Assembly (NCBI GenBank): GCA_964649235.1
Contig: CAZYOZ010000001.1
Span: 9,102-73,101 of the forward strand
DNA length: 64,000 nt
Origin: an uncultured Candidatus Bathyarchaeia archaeon
GTDB lineage: Archaea; Thermoproteota; Bathyarchaeia; 40CM-2-53-6
Reading direction: 5' to 3'
The translations under genes were made by a program, and so were the position numbers. The notes beneath the pieces are model-generated. The model searched no databases and was not told the origin of the DNA. It worked only from the letters and a program-made list of their open reading frames with translations. Shown here piece by piece: positions 1 to 10,313 of this stretch; the first letter of the stretch is position 1; each line of letters starts with the position of its first letter.

Positions 1-2
1 GC

Positions 3-1151
3 GGCGGAACCGGCCTAGTTGGCGGGGCCGTCCCAACCCGTGATGGAATAATTCTCTCACTAGAGCGGCTGGATAAGGTCGAGATTGACAAAGAGAATCT
101 GATGGCAGTCGCAGAGGCCGGGGTCAATCTCGGCAGGCTGATGCGGGCTGCTGATGAAGCGGGTTTATCCTTCCCACCACATCCAGGAGACGAAAACGCT
201 CAGGTCGGCGGGCTAGTTGCAACGAACGCTGGAGGATCTAGGGCGGTAAGGCACGGCGTGATGAGAAATCACGTCAGGGCGATCGTGGCGGTGCTGCCCA
301 CGGGGCAGGTCTTGAATCTTGGGGGAAAGGTCCACAAGAACAACGTCGGTTATGATCTGATGCAGCTCGTAATAGGAAGCGAAGGAACGCTAGCCATCAT
401 CACGAAAGCTACCCTGCAGCTCTATCCGAAGCTTGCAGCCTCACTCACCCTTATCGTACCCTACGACAACCGACGCGACGCGATCTCAAGCGTCCCAAAG
501 ATACTCAGGGACGCGGGCCTGCCTCTCGCCGTAGAATACGTCGAGAGGGACCTGATGGAGAGGACGGCGAAACATCTAGGCACAAATTGGCCTGCCAAGT
601 CAGGGAAGTACCAATTAATCATAATAGTAGCCGAACCCACACGAGACCAAGCTCTCTCGCAAAGCCTCAGAATATCAGAAATCTGCCGGCAGAACACCGC
701 CTATGAGACATTCGCAGCAGAGTCAGCGAGGGACCAGGAAAACATCCTGACAATAAGAAGCAACGTCTACACTGCCCTGAAAGCCGAAACATTGGACATT
801 CTGGACATAACGGTACCCATCGCTGAACTAGAGAAAGTAATAGATGACATAGAACGCCTGGCCAAGAAATACGCGGTCGCTCTGCCAGTCTTTGGTCATG
901 CAGGCGACGGCAACCTGCACATTCACATAATGAACGACTGCCTAGAACACGCTGAGGACATTAGGAGCGAAATATATCAGATCGCCACGAAAGCCGGAGG
1001 AGTCATAACAGGCGAGCACGGCATAGGCAAAGTCAGAACGGAAAAGCTGCAAGCATTCGTAAGCAAGAAAGAACTCGAACTCATGAAGAGCATAAAGAAC
1101 CTGTTCGATCCGCGTGGCATACTAAATCCGGGAACGAAGGTATCAACCTAG
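3..1151 (+). CDS. FAD-linked oxidase, GlcD/D-lactate dehydrogenase family (5' truncated by window)
   Basis: Frame is open from position 3 (GGTGLVGGAVP); motifs ATNAGG, GSEGTL, GHAGDGNLH, GEHGIG, DPRGILNPG. Confidence 0.9.
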   Translation, partial: GGTGLVGGAVPTRDGIILSLERLDKVEIDKENLMAVAEAGVNLGRLMRAADEAGLSFPPHPGDENAQVGGLVATNAGGSRAVRHGVMRNHVRAIVAVLPTGQVLNLGGKVHKNNVGYDLMQLVIGSEGTLAIITKATLQLYPKLAASLTLIVPYDNRRDAISSVPKILRDAGLPLAVEYVERDLMERTAKHLGTNWPAKSGKYQLIIIVAEPTRDQALSQSLRISEICRQNTAYETFAAESARDQENILTIRSNVYTALKAETLDILDITVPIAELEKVIDDIERLAKKYAVALPVFGHAGDGNLHIHIMNDCLEHAEDIRSEIYQIATKAGGVITGEHGIGKVRTEKLQAFVSKKELELMKSIKNLFDPRGILNPGTKVST

Positions 1152-1626
1152 GCCGACCGAGTCAAGGGTCTTCTCTTCAGTCAAGAATGGTCGCTTCTCC
1201 GTTCGGTTTGACCCAAACCTCATGTCAATCCAAGCCTTGCGAGCGTTTTCATAATCGGCCATTAGCCGGCAGGATAACATCGCCGCGTGCAGCCGTTCGA
1301 AGCCCCCCAATGCTTGCTTCTGGAAGCTGGTATTCGCGCCCCCAGCAAGCCCTCCTTCTCAAGAAATCCGAGCTCTAAAATCCGCGACCAGCCTTTTTGG
1401 TTAAGCTCAATTTGGAACGCCCCTCATGCACGTCGGTCATCGAGGTGCACGAAAAGATGGCTAACTGCGCGGTGCTTCCACTTGATAAAGACGAAGAGTG
1501 TGAGTCGCATTTCCGATTTCTCTAAAACGATTTCTTTCAGATGAGAATTATACCATGCTCGGAAACGATGCGTCGATGAGATGCATAAGACTCAAATCCT
1601 CATCCAGGTAATCGTTATGGCCTCTA

Positions 1627-2844
1627 ATGAGTCTCAGCTGTTTAGCCAAGTCAATAACTGAGTCACCCACCCTACGACTGAACGAAGAAGCACGACTTTT
1701 ACGTGAGCGCGGCGAACCAGTCATCCATCTTGGAATAGGCGAACCCAAGAACAGGGCCCCAGTCAGCGCAATCCTGAGTTCAGCCGCGAAATTGAATACT
1801 GGTGACATCAAATACTCACCGACCGATGGAACGCCGGCCCTCAAGAAAGCCATAATCCGCTACACGGAAGAGAACTACGACAAAGTTGTTGAGCCTGAGA
1901 ACGTGATCGTTTCGTCAGGCGCCAAACAGTCAGTCTTCAACGTACTCTACACATTGCTCAACCCGAAAGACGAAGTCATCATACTGGCCCCGTATTGGGT
2001 GAGTTACCCGGAAATCGTCAAAATGGTATATGGGGTTCCAGTAATTGTAACCCCCGAGGATGGCGGTCTTCATCCGCGCCTGGTCGACATAACCAAGGCA
2101 GTCAGTTCGTCTACAAAGGCAATCATTGTCAATAGCCCGAACAACCCGTCCGGTTTGGTGTTTTCAGACAAGTTCATCGCGGAAATCGTCGAATTCTGTG
2201 AGAAGAAAAACATCTACCTAATCATGGATGACATCTACCACAAACTCGTCTTCGACAACAGGAAGCCAGCCTCGTGTTACGAGTACACGAGTCGTGACAT
2301 CGAGGATTCCAAGCTTATCGTCATCAATGGGATCTCGAAATTGTACGGAATGACTGGGTTCCGCATTGGCTGGGCCATCGCCCCCAGAAAGCTCGTCGAG
2401 ATAATGATGAACATCCAGGCACAGACAACCTCCTGCGCATCCGAGATCCTGCAGGCGGCAGCTGAAGGCGCTTTAATGGGTCTTCAGAGTGTTGTGGAGA
2501 ACCTTCGCTTAACAATTGAGAACAATCGGAATGTCATGATGCAAGAGCTGCACTCCTTCAGCGGCATTCGGGTGAGCGAACCTCAGGGGACGTTTTACTG
2601 CTTCCCAGACTTCAGCGCCTACTCAAACGACTCAGTCGAGCTATCGGAATTTCTGCTGAGGAAGGCGCTGGTCGTCACAGTGCCGGGTAGGGAGTTTGGT
2701 ATGGAAGGAAGGCTGCGGCTGAGCTACGCCGGGTCTGTGAAGGACATCACTGAAGGGATAGCAAGAATCAGGTGGGCAATCGATCCTGACTCACCGAACG
2801 AGATCTACATTGGAGACAAGCGGATGGTGAGGGATTGGCTATGA
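1627..2844 (+). CDS. aspC: Aspartate aminotransferase (class I/II PLP enzyme)
   Basis: GEP, NSPNNPSG, DDIY, SKLYGMTGFRIGW motifs. Confidence 0.85.
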   Translation: MSLSCLAKSITESPTLRLNEEARLLRERGEPVIHLGIGEPKNRAPVSAILSSAAKLNTGDIKYSPTDGTPALKKAIIRYTEENYDKVVEPENVIVSSGAKQSVFNVLYTLLNPKDEVIILAPYWVSYPEIVKMVYGVPVIVTPEDGGLHPRLVDITKAVSSSTKAIIVNSPNNPSGLVFSDKFIAEIVEFCEKKNIYLIMDDIYHKLVFDNRKPASCYEYTSRDIEDSKLIVINGISKLYGMTGFRIGWAIAPRKLVEIMMNIQAQTTSCASEILQAAAEGALMGLQSVVENLRLTIENNRNVMMQELHSFSGIRVSEPQGTFYCFPDFSAYSNDSVELSEFLLRKALVVTVPGREFGMEGRLRLSYAGSVKDITEGIARIRWAIDPDSPNEIYIGDKRMVRDWL

Positions 2845-4529
2845 GCAGCATATTGGATGTCCGGACCCCGGCTCAAGGGGTAGCTCACGAGTTCAAGAGC
2901 GATTACGGAATTGAAAACCATGGCCTGAGCAACATACACCGAGCGTACTGGAACCTACCAACAGAAGCCCTCTACGAGGAAATCGTCTTTCGCGGGGAGG
3001 GAGAGATGTCACGGGGCGGAGCTCTGGTCGTTAACACCGGGAGGCATACGGCTCGGTCCCCAGACGACAAATTCATAGTCAAAGAGAGCACGACCGAGAA
3101 GAACATTTGGTGGGGAGAGTACAACCGGCCGCTCAGCCCCGACAAGTTCCACGAACTCTTCAACCGTCTGCAGGGCTTCTTGCAGGGAAGGGACGTATTT
3201 GTTCAGGATTGTTATGTTGGCATCGACACTCAACATCGGATGCCAATCCGTATAATCGCTGAATATGCATGGCACAGCCTCTTCGCGCGGAACATGTTCA
3301 TACTGCCGAATACTCGCGAGGAGTACAGGCGCCACGTTCCCGATTTCACGGTAATGTGCGCCCCTTCGTTCAAAGGTCTCCCACAGATTGACGCGACTCG
3401 GACGGACACTTTCATCGCCCTAAACTTCGCGCAGTGTCTGTGCATAATTGGCAACACGGGTTATGCCGGGGAAATCAAGAAGTCCATTTTCACTATCCTG
3501 AACTATCAGCTGCCCCTGCGCGGAGTCATGCCGATGCACTGCTCGGCAAACATCGGGACAGAAGGAGACACTGCGCTCTTCTTCGGTCTGTCCGGGACGG
3601 GCAAGACTAGTCTATCTGCAGATCCAAAACGACGACTGATAGGTGACGACGAGCATGGCTGGAACGATAATGGCGTATTCAACTTTGAAGGGGGGTGCTA
3701 TGCCAAGGTCATCCATCTATCATCCTCAGCTGAGCCACAAATCTTCTCCTGCACCCGCCGATTCGGAACGATTCTCGAGAATGTTACGCTTGACCCGGCA
3801 AGCCGCTTGATAGACTTGGACGATGAGTCAGTCACGGAGAATACCCGCGCATCCTACCCGCTGGAATTCATAGAGAACTCAGTTCCAGAGAAACTCGGAG
3901 GCCATCCGAGAACGATGGTAATCCTAACATGTGATGCATTCGGCGTGATGCCACCCATTGCCAAATTGACGCTGGAACAGGCACTCTACCAATTCGTATC
4001 CGGCTACACATCGAAGATCGCTGGTACAGAAATCCAGCTCGGGCGCGAGCCTGAGACAACTTTCAGCGCATGCCTCGGGGCGCCATTCATGGTGCATCAT
4101 CCAGGCACCTACGTCAACCTGCTGAAACAGAAACTGATACGCTACGGTGTTCAATGCTGGTTGGTTAACACCGGCTGGGTCGGTGGACCATACGGCATAG
4201 GGAAACGGATCAGCATCGCCTATACACGCGCGATGCTCAACGAAGCGCTAAACGGCAAGCTGCTGAGCGCTGACTTTACCACGGACCCAGTCTTCGGCTT
4301 TCAAGTGCCGAAGACTTGCGAAGGTGTACCCGCAAGCATACTCAACCCAGCTGAATCTTGGCCCAGTGAGGATGCCTACATGGACAAGTATCAACAGCTG
4401 GCCATACGCTTCGTGAACAACTTCAAGAAATTTGAAGCGGCTTGCCCTGAACTTGTAAAGGTAGGCCCGAAACTGTGGCCGCTGGCACGTACTGCGAGTA
4501 GAAGCAGCCAAAGCGAAAGCAGCTGTTAG
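2841..4529 (+). CDS. pckA: Phosphoenolpyruvate carboxykinase (ATP)
   Basis: YAGEIKKS, GLSGTGKT, IGDDEHGW, EGGCYAK, ENTRASYP; ATG 2841 overlaps the upstream stop (ATGA). Confidence 0.95.
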   Translation: MSSILDVRTPAQGVAHEFKSDYGIENHGLSNIHRAYWNLPTEALYEEIVFRGEGEMSRGGALVVNTGRHTARSPDDKFIVKESTTEKNIWWGEYNRPLSPDKFHELFNRLQGFLQGRDVFVQDCYVGIDTQHRMPIRIIAEYAWHSLFARNMFILPNTREEYRRHVPDFTVMCAPSFKGLPQIDATRTDTFIALNFAQCLCIIGNTGYAGEIKKSIFTILNYQLPLRGVMPMHCSANIGTEGDTALFFGLSGTGKTSLSADPKRRLIGDDEHGWNDNGVFNFEGGCYAKVIHLSSSAEPQIFSCTRRFGTILENVTLDPASRLIDLDDESVTENTRASYPLEFIENSVPEKLGGHPRTMVILTCDAFGVMPPIAKLTLEQALYQFVSGYTSKIAGTEIQLGREPETTFSACLGAPFMVHHPGTYVNLLKQKLIRYGVQCWLVNTGWVGGPYGIGKRISIAYTRAMLNEALNGKLLSADFTTDPVFGFQVPKTCEGVPASILNPAESWPSEDAYMDKYQQLAIRFVNNFKKFEAACPELVKVGPKLWPLARTASRSSQSESSC

Positions 4530-4708
4530 CATTCCTAAAGGGCCAGCCAAACCGACTTGTCCTAGTCATGATGCAGGTCCGTTGCGCAGAGTTGAGTTGA
4601 TCTGCAATCATCTCTTTGGCGATGTTTCTTGTGAGTCAGTTGCCTCCGAGTATTTCTTCCTTCAGGATTAGCTCAAAAGCCTAAACTACGCGAGTCAGGA
4701 GTACGGAG

Positions 4709-6079
4709 CTGAGTTGTGGGCATACGTCACCGAGTGAGAGTTCCCAACCTCCCCAAGCTACTCGGACCAACCGCTCGTTTGCAACGAACGGGCTTCTGCA
4801 ACGGATCAGGAAAGAATTTCCTCGAGTGGAGACCGACGCGAGCGAAAGGCGCAGAGTCTTCTTTGAAAACGCAGCTGGCTCCCTAGTTCTGCAACGGGCC
4901 GTGGATGCGGAGTGTAAGGCGCGCCGTGATTACTTTCCCAACATCGAAGAGGCTTCGTGGGAGTCGAAGATGAATGAGAACACCATACTGGAAGGCAGGA
5001 AAGCTGTGAGGGACTTCCTGAATGCCCGTGATGAGAATTGTGTCCTTTCTGGTGAATCCGCTACGAGCCTTCTCTTCCATCTCAGTTATGCCTTGTCGAA
5101 AGAGATATCGCCCGACGAAAATGTGGTGACCACGGAATACGATCACTACTCGAATATCAGCCCATGGTTAGAGCTCGAACGAAGGGGCTTCATCAAAGAA
5201 GTCCGGTTCGCGAAGTTCAACCCTGAAGATGGGGAGCTAGACGTAGCACACCTGGCAAGTCTGATTGACAAGAACACACGTGTCGTCGCTGTAACGGGAG
5301 TGTCGAATGCTCTAGGTTCCAAGACGCCTGTCGCGAAGGTGTTTGCGCTTGCTAAGGAAGTGGGTGCATACGCTGTGCTCGACGCAGTTCATATGGCTCC
5401 ACATGTCGCCATCGACATTGACAAGCTAGGCTGCGATTTCGTTGTCTTCTCGGCATACAAACTGTTCAGCCGTCGCGGTAGCTTCATGTATGGTCGAAGG
5501 GACCTATTGGAAGACCTGGAGCCCTACAAGGTAGAGCTATGTCCGAATTATCTTCCGAAGAGATGGGAGTGGGGAACACGAGATCAGGCCCTTTTCGCCT
5601 CCATCACCGCAGTGATGGATTATCTAAGCTGGCTTGGTGGCGAAGTCGAAGGCGAAGTTTCCAACAAGGTTTCAGAGTACAGCGGAAGAGAACGCCTACT
5701 CAAGGCAGCATTGTCTTGGATAGAGGGATACGAAGGAAGATTGGGGAAAGCAATGCTGGATGGAACCGAGAATACTGCTGGCATGCGTACAATGAGCGGC
5801 ATAGATCTCTACGGCTTAAAGGATACGGCCAGAGTGCATCAAAGGACTCCAACTTTCTCGTTCAACGTTCGCGGCGTTCCGGCCAAGAGAGTTGCGGAAC
5901 ATTTGTGGGAAATGCATGGGGTAGTTGTCATTGGAGACGACTTCTATTCAAGAGCACTCAAGACATACTCGCAATCGCTGGCGGTCAGGGCGAGCCTGGT
6001 GCACTGTAACACGGTCAGCGAGGTCGAAATGTTCCTGAACGCACTTGCCGAGACAGTGAAGCATTTCAACGCTGAATAG
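4709..6079 (+). CDS. Class V PLP enzyme, cysteine-desulfurase-like but lacking the catalytic Cys loop
   Basis: FFENAAGS, DHYSN, DAVH, SAYK (PLP Lys). Family N-terminus (QRIRKEFP) lies upstream of GTG 4826, so the start is probably CTG 4709 or 4796. Confidence 0.8.
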   Translation: MSCGHTSPSESSQPPQATRTNRSFATNGLLQRIRKEFPRVETDASERRRVFFENAAGSLVLQRAVDAECKARRDYFPNIEEASWESKMNENTILEGRKAVRDFLNARDENCVLSGESATSLLFHLSYALSKEISPDENVVTTEYDHYSNISPWLELERRGFIKEVRFAKFNPEDGELDVAHLASLIDKNTRVVAVTGVSNALGSKTPVAKVFALAKEVGAYAVLDAVHMAPHVAIDIDKLGCDFVVFSAYKLFSRRGSFMYGRRDLLEDLEPYKVELCPNYLPKRWEWGTRDQALFASITAVMDYLSWLGGEVEGEVSNKVSEYSGRERLLKAALSWIEGYEGRLGKAMLDGTENTAGMRTMSGIDLYGLKDTARVHQRTPTFSFNVRGVPAKRVAEHLWEMHGVVVIGDDFYSRALKTYSQSLAVRASLVHCNTVSEVEMFLNALAETVKHFNAE

Positions 6080-6255
6080 GTCAGGCCTGAAGGTAGATAG
6101 CTCAAGCCGGATTATGAAAGCCGTATCTGCGTCAGAAACTTGTAGACTATTAGGGCCACTAGTAAGATAAGGTAGATTCTGAGGAAGAGTAACGCGGCTC
6201 TCACTGTTCGTGTCGTCTGGACTCGGGGCATTTCATCGACCATCCCGTACTGTTG

Positions 6256-7554
6256 TTATTCCTCCTGCAGAAAAACGTCCTTCTCTTTTATGACGCCCAC
6301 GACCTTTTTGGAACGATCTGCGACTGGTATGGCTCTAAACCGGTACTTCAGGAAGAGCGCTTCAACTTCTCCGCGCATGGCTGTGGGCCGAACGGTGACG
6401 ACCTTCTTCGTCATGATGTTTTGCAATTTGCTGGCCGGATCTGCCTGTAGGAGTTCCTTGATGTCCACGACGCCTTTCAACCGTTGCTTCTCGTCTACGA
6501 CGTATATGTACATGGTAACATCGCTATGCCGTGCCTCATCCCGGAATCGCTTGAAGGCCTCCTCGACACCTAAGTCACCTGGAAATGCTAGGAAGCTAGG
6601 TACTGCAAGCGCAGAAGCTGGGACATCATGCTGTGTTAAGAGAACCTTAACCTTGGCCGCGACATCGGTCTTTAGCAAACTCAGTAGCTCCTCAGAGTCA
6701 TCTCTCGGAAGAACCGAGAGTATGTCCGCAACCTGCACACTGGACAGATGACCGAGAATTTCCGCCGCGCGATCTACGCTCGTCGAAGCTAGGATCTGTC
6801 TCTGAACTCTTGGTTCTGTTACCTCAAGAGCATCAGCGGCAACCTGTTCGTCTAGTGCATTGAACAGCCTAATTCGCTCTTCGTGGCTCAGCTCCTCGAG
6901 TATGTCAGCCAAATCTGCCGGATGTATGTCTTTCAGTCCTTCTTTTGTCACGGTGAGTTTCACGTCGCCCTTTGTGCTCGTGAGGTCTGCGGGCAACGGC
7001 TGAACGTACGCCCACGGGATGATATCCTTGGAAAGGTCCCTTTCCATTACTACGTCTGCAACCTTTCCGAGCTTGAGTCTTCTCAGAAATGCATGGTGGC
7101 CGACATCGGCGCCTACGACGAACATCTTGTTTTCCACAAGGAGAAGCTGAATGTCATAGACGACTTCCACATCGAAGCCCTCTGTATCGAGAATCCGCTT
7201 GTCCAACACTTTGTCCCTGAGCAAAAGGTAGTCTTCGCTGTGTTTGAAGACGGGATACCCGTCATTCGGCGGCGGATCTATGACTGTTCCTTCCGATGAA
7301 ACACTAATGATGTGAGTCCATGGCACGTTCCAAGAAGGCCTGCCGAGTGGTCGGTCAACGATGAGGCTTATCACTTCAGGGTAGTGCCCCACGTCTCTTA
7401 TGATTAGGTCTCTCAGTTTGCCCAGCGTCACGCCGTCTTTCGTTTGCACTTTCTTCTTCACTATTTCGCTCAGGTAGAGGTAACGCAGGTGCGTGTTTTC
7501 GCCCAGTTGCACCTTCTGTAGATATTCTTTGATGTGATTCGATGTGACCGTCAT
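6256..7554 (-). CDS. MgtE-related soluble protein (PRC-barrel + MgtE N-domain + CBS pair)
   Basis: HPADLADILEEL MgtE_N motif, YIYVVD..LKGVV CBS domains, no TM domain. Confidence 0.85.
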   Translation of the reverse strand: MTVTSNHIKEYLQKVQLGENTHLRYLYLSEIVKKKVQTKDGVTLGKLRDLIIRDVGHYPEVISLIVDRPLGRPSWNVPWTHIISVSSEGTVIDPPPNDGYPVFKHSEDYLLLRDKVLDKRILDTEGFDVEVVYDIQLLLVENKMFVVGADVGHHAFLRRLKLGKVADVVMERDLSKDIIPWAYVQPLPADLTSTKGDVKLTVTKEGLKDIHPADLADILEELSHEERIRLFNALDEQVAADALEVTEPRVQRQILASTSVDRAAEILGHLSSVQVADILSVLPRDDSEELLSLLKTDVAAKVKVLLTQHDVPASALAVPSFLAFPGDLGVEEAFKRFRDEARHSDVTMYIYVVDEKQRLKGVVDIKELLQADPASKLQNIMTKKVVTVRPTAMRGEVEALFLKYRFRAIPVADRSKKVVGVIKEKDVFLQEE

Positions 7555-7603
7555 ATCAATCAGTCCTGTTCATGCCATGGCAGAAGGCTACTTGCCTCAC
7601 GTT

Positions 7604-8884
7604 TCATCCTCCTAATAAGTTCGGGAAGATCGCTGAGATTCCGTAAACAGTGGAGAGCGCTATTATCGCCCCCACGATTGTCCAGTCAATGATATTGTGG
7701 AGCTTCGTGTTTGCGTACGAGCCCATGAGCGGTTTGTCGTTCAGTAGAAGGATCAGGAACACAAGTGCGGCAGGCAGTAGAGTCACAGCAACTACCTGCA
7801 CGAAGAGCGTGATCAACACAAAGGGCGCGCCTGGAATCAGAACCACCGCCCCAGCAAAGGCAATGTTGAGGAAATAGAATAGGTAGAACCATGGGGCACT
7901 CTTCACGTTGACATTCAGGGTGTGCGCCCAGCCGAAGATTTCTCCGAAAGCCCACGAAGACGCAAGAGAGATGCAGATAGCTCCCAGCAGGCCTGCATCG
8001 AACAGGCCCACTGCAAAGAGTGCTCCAGCGTATCGACCGGCGAACGGTACCAACGCCAGCGCTGCTTCCGCCGCGTCAGTTATATTCAGACCAATTTTGT
8101 GAAGTGTCGAGCCGGTCGCGATCATTATGAAAGCTGCCCCCGAGGCAGTCAGCACCGAGCCAAGCGCTGTGTCAAGCTTGGAATATGGTATGTCTTTCTC
8201 ATCCAGTTCCTTGTCAACTACCGCGCTCTGCTGGAAGAAGAGCATCCATGGGGCGATTGTGGTTCCAATATTTGCCATGATTAGGGTTAGGAGGTTGCTC
8301 GTGAGGCCACGCGGAAAGCTGGGTGAAACAATACCGCGAGCCACCTCGTGCCAACTGGGGCTTGCAAAAATAGCTGCGGGTACATACACGAGATTTAGGA
8401 GACAGAAGAGGAGGGTTATCCTCTCAAAGGTCCAGTAGGTTCCCGTCCCGACGAGTAAAGTCAGGAACACGACGACAGCAACAACAGTCCACAGAGGGGG
8501 GATATGGAAGATGCTTGCGGCTGCTACCATGCCTATGAATTCGGTCACTAGGGTGAGGAAGTTCAAGACTGTAAGGTCTATGAGCGAAAACCAACCCCAG
8601 AACGGGCCGAAGCCATCAAAGATTGCTTCCGCGTGCCCTCTTTTCGTTACTGCTCCAAGTCGGACTGTCATCTCCTGAACGAAGTAGGCAAGCATGGAGA
8701 AGAGCAGTATGAGCCAGACAAGGTTGAATCCATAACGGGCACCCGTGACGGCGTAAGTGGTAATGCCGCCAGCATCATTGTCAGCCACCATAACAATAAT
8801 TCCCGGTCCAGCAACGGCGGAGAAAATTGCCAGCCGCTTCCACAGCCGCCGGTATACGTAGTAGAACCGAGGTATCAGTCTCAT
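7604..8884 (-). CDS. NRAMP-family divalent metal transporter (Mg/Mn type)
   Basis: GPGIIVMVADNDAGGITTY, QEMTVRLG, IGTTIAPWMLFFQQS; many TM helices. Confidence 0.9.
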   Translation of the reverse strand: MRLIPRFYYVYRRLWKRLAIFSAVAGPGIIVMVADNDAGGITTYAVTGARYGFNLVWLILLFSMLAYFVQEMTVRLGAVTKRGHAEAIFDGFGPFWGWFSLIDLTVLNFLTLVTEFIGMVAAASIFHIPPLWTVVAVVVFLTLLVGTGTYWTFERITLLFCLLNLVYVPAAIFASPSWHEVARGIVSPSFPRGLTSNLLTLIMANIGTTIAPWMLFFQQSAVVDKELDEKDIPYSKLDTALGSVLTASGAAFIMIATGSTLHKIGLNITDAAEAALALVPFAGRYAGALFAVGLFDAGLLGAICISLASSWAFGEIFGWAHTLNVNVKSAPWFYLFYFLNIAFAGAVVLIPGAPFVLITLFVQVVAVTLLPAALVFLILLLNDKPLMGSYANTKLHNIIDWTIVGAIIALSTVYGISAIFPNLLGG

Positions 8885-9159
8885 CGAAGTGCACCGCCGC
8901 GCGCGAATCGGGCGTGTTCTCGTCGCTACGGCCGTTCATTTAACACTACGCTATGGTATCAGAACTGACACCAGCTTCTGATTTTTCAGCGGCCGTCTAC
9001 TCAGCTTTTCTTTGGGGTGAAAGTCGTTCAAGTAGGCAAAAGTGACAAGCAGAGGTCGATGTTTCAAAGATTATTTGGTATTCCAACCCGGTAACCGAGC
9101 AACTTTCTTAATAGCTCAGCCTTGGAAGCTTCGATTGAAATTGCGGAGCTCAAGGGACC

Positions 9160-10209
9160 ATGGCTGAATTATGGGATCCATGGAACATCTCGGAGGGTGG
9201 TTTTCCGAGGGCACGTACGTCCTATGAGAAATTGCGTTTTCTGCTGAATTATGCGGTGCTTGCGCCCTCGAGCCACAACTCGCAGCCATGGCTTTTCAGA
9301 ATTCTTGATGATGCAGTCGAACTCTACGCTGACCGAACTCGTGCCTTGCCAGTTGTCGACCCTGAAGACCGAGAGTTGATCATGAGTTGCGGTGCGGCTC
9401 TTCTCCATCTTCGCATCGCGCTTCGCCACATCGGCTTTGAGGGCGTCGTCGAAATTCTTCCTGAGCCAAAAAAACCAGACCTTCTGGCCCGCGTCAGTTT
9501 CGGCCGCCAAATGGAAGCAAGCCCCGAGGAGCACCTACTATTCCAGAGCATAGTCAAACGGCGTACGAATCGGATGCCCTTCGAGGCTAGGCATGTTCAG
9601 GAGACACTGCTCTCAGAACTGCAAACAGCTGTAAGCAAAGAAGGGGCATGGCTTCACGTCATCAAAGAAGAAGATGATCGAAACAAGATTGCGGACTTGG
9701 TCGCTGATGCCGACCGAATCCAAATGGCCGATAACCGTTTTCGGCGCGAGCTAGCCTCCTGGATTCACCCGAACCGCACGGCCAGCCATGATGGCATGCC
9801 AGCTTATGCCTATGTCTATGCTTTCGGGCTCAGCGGCCTGAGCTCCGCATTTGCACCTCTAGTGGTTCGAACGTTCGATATCGGCAAAGGACGAGCCGCA
9901 AAGGACCGCCAACTCGCGAGCGGGTCGCCGGTTCTAGCAGTACTCGGAACGAATGGCGATACATCCAAGGACTGGTTATCGGCCGGTCAGGCCCTAGCAA
10001 GGCTCCTGCTGCGAGCACGCGCTGAAAACGTTTGGTCTTCTTTCTTGAATCAGCCGATTGAAGTGGCAGAGTTGAGGCTTAGGGTGCACGACATGTTGGG
10101 TAGGCCAGGATTTCCGCAGCTTATTCTCCGCATGGGATATGGACCGGATGTCAAACCCACTCCGAGGCGGACACCGGGAGAAGTTTTGATGCGCCAGGCG
10201 CTAAGGTAA
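9160..10209 (+). CDS. Nitroreductase, Acg-like family
   Basis: APSSHNSQPW, D.EDRELIMSCGAAL, RRTNR, PQLILRMGY. Confidence 0.85.
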   Translation: MAELWDPWNISEGGFPRARTSYEKLRFLLNYAVLAPSSHNSQPWLFRILDDAVELYADRTRALPVVDPEDRELIMSCGAALLHLRIALRHIGFEGVVEILPEPKKPDLLARVSFGRQMEASPEEHLLFQSIVKRRTNRMPFEARHVQETLLSELQTAVSKEGAWLHVIKEEDDRNKIADLVADADRIQMADNRFRRELASWIHPNRTASHDGMPAYAYVYAFGLSGLSSAFAPLVVRTFDIGKGRAAKDRQLASGSPVLAVLGTNGDTSKDWLSAGQALARLLLRARAENVWSSFLNQPIEVAELRLRVHDMLGRPGFPQLILRMGYGPDVKPTPRRTPGEVLMRQALR

Positions 10210-10313
10210 ACGTTGGCCAGTAGGGTCTCTTGAGTGTGGGCTCTTGAGCGCGAGCGGCAGGCGGTCAAAGCTGGAGTCTCAAGCACTCATAGTCTTTCAG
10301 CGCTCGAACTGAG

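Noticed and set aside
1152..1626. Intergenic ORFs 1187-1378 and 1287-1544
   Set aside because: Atypical composition, no motifs, no clear RBS
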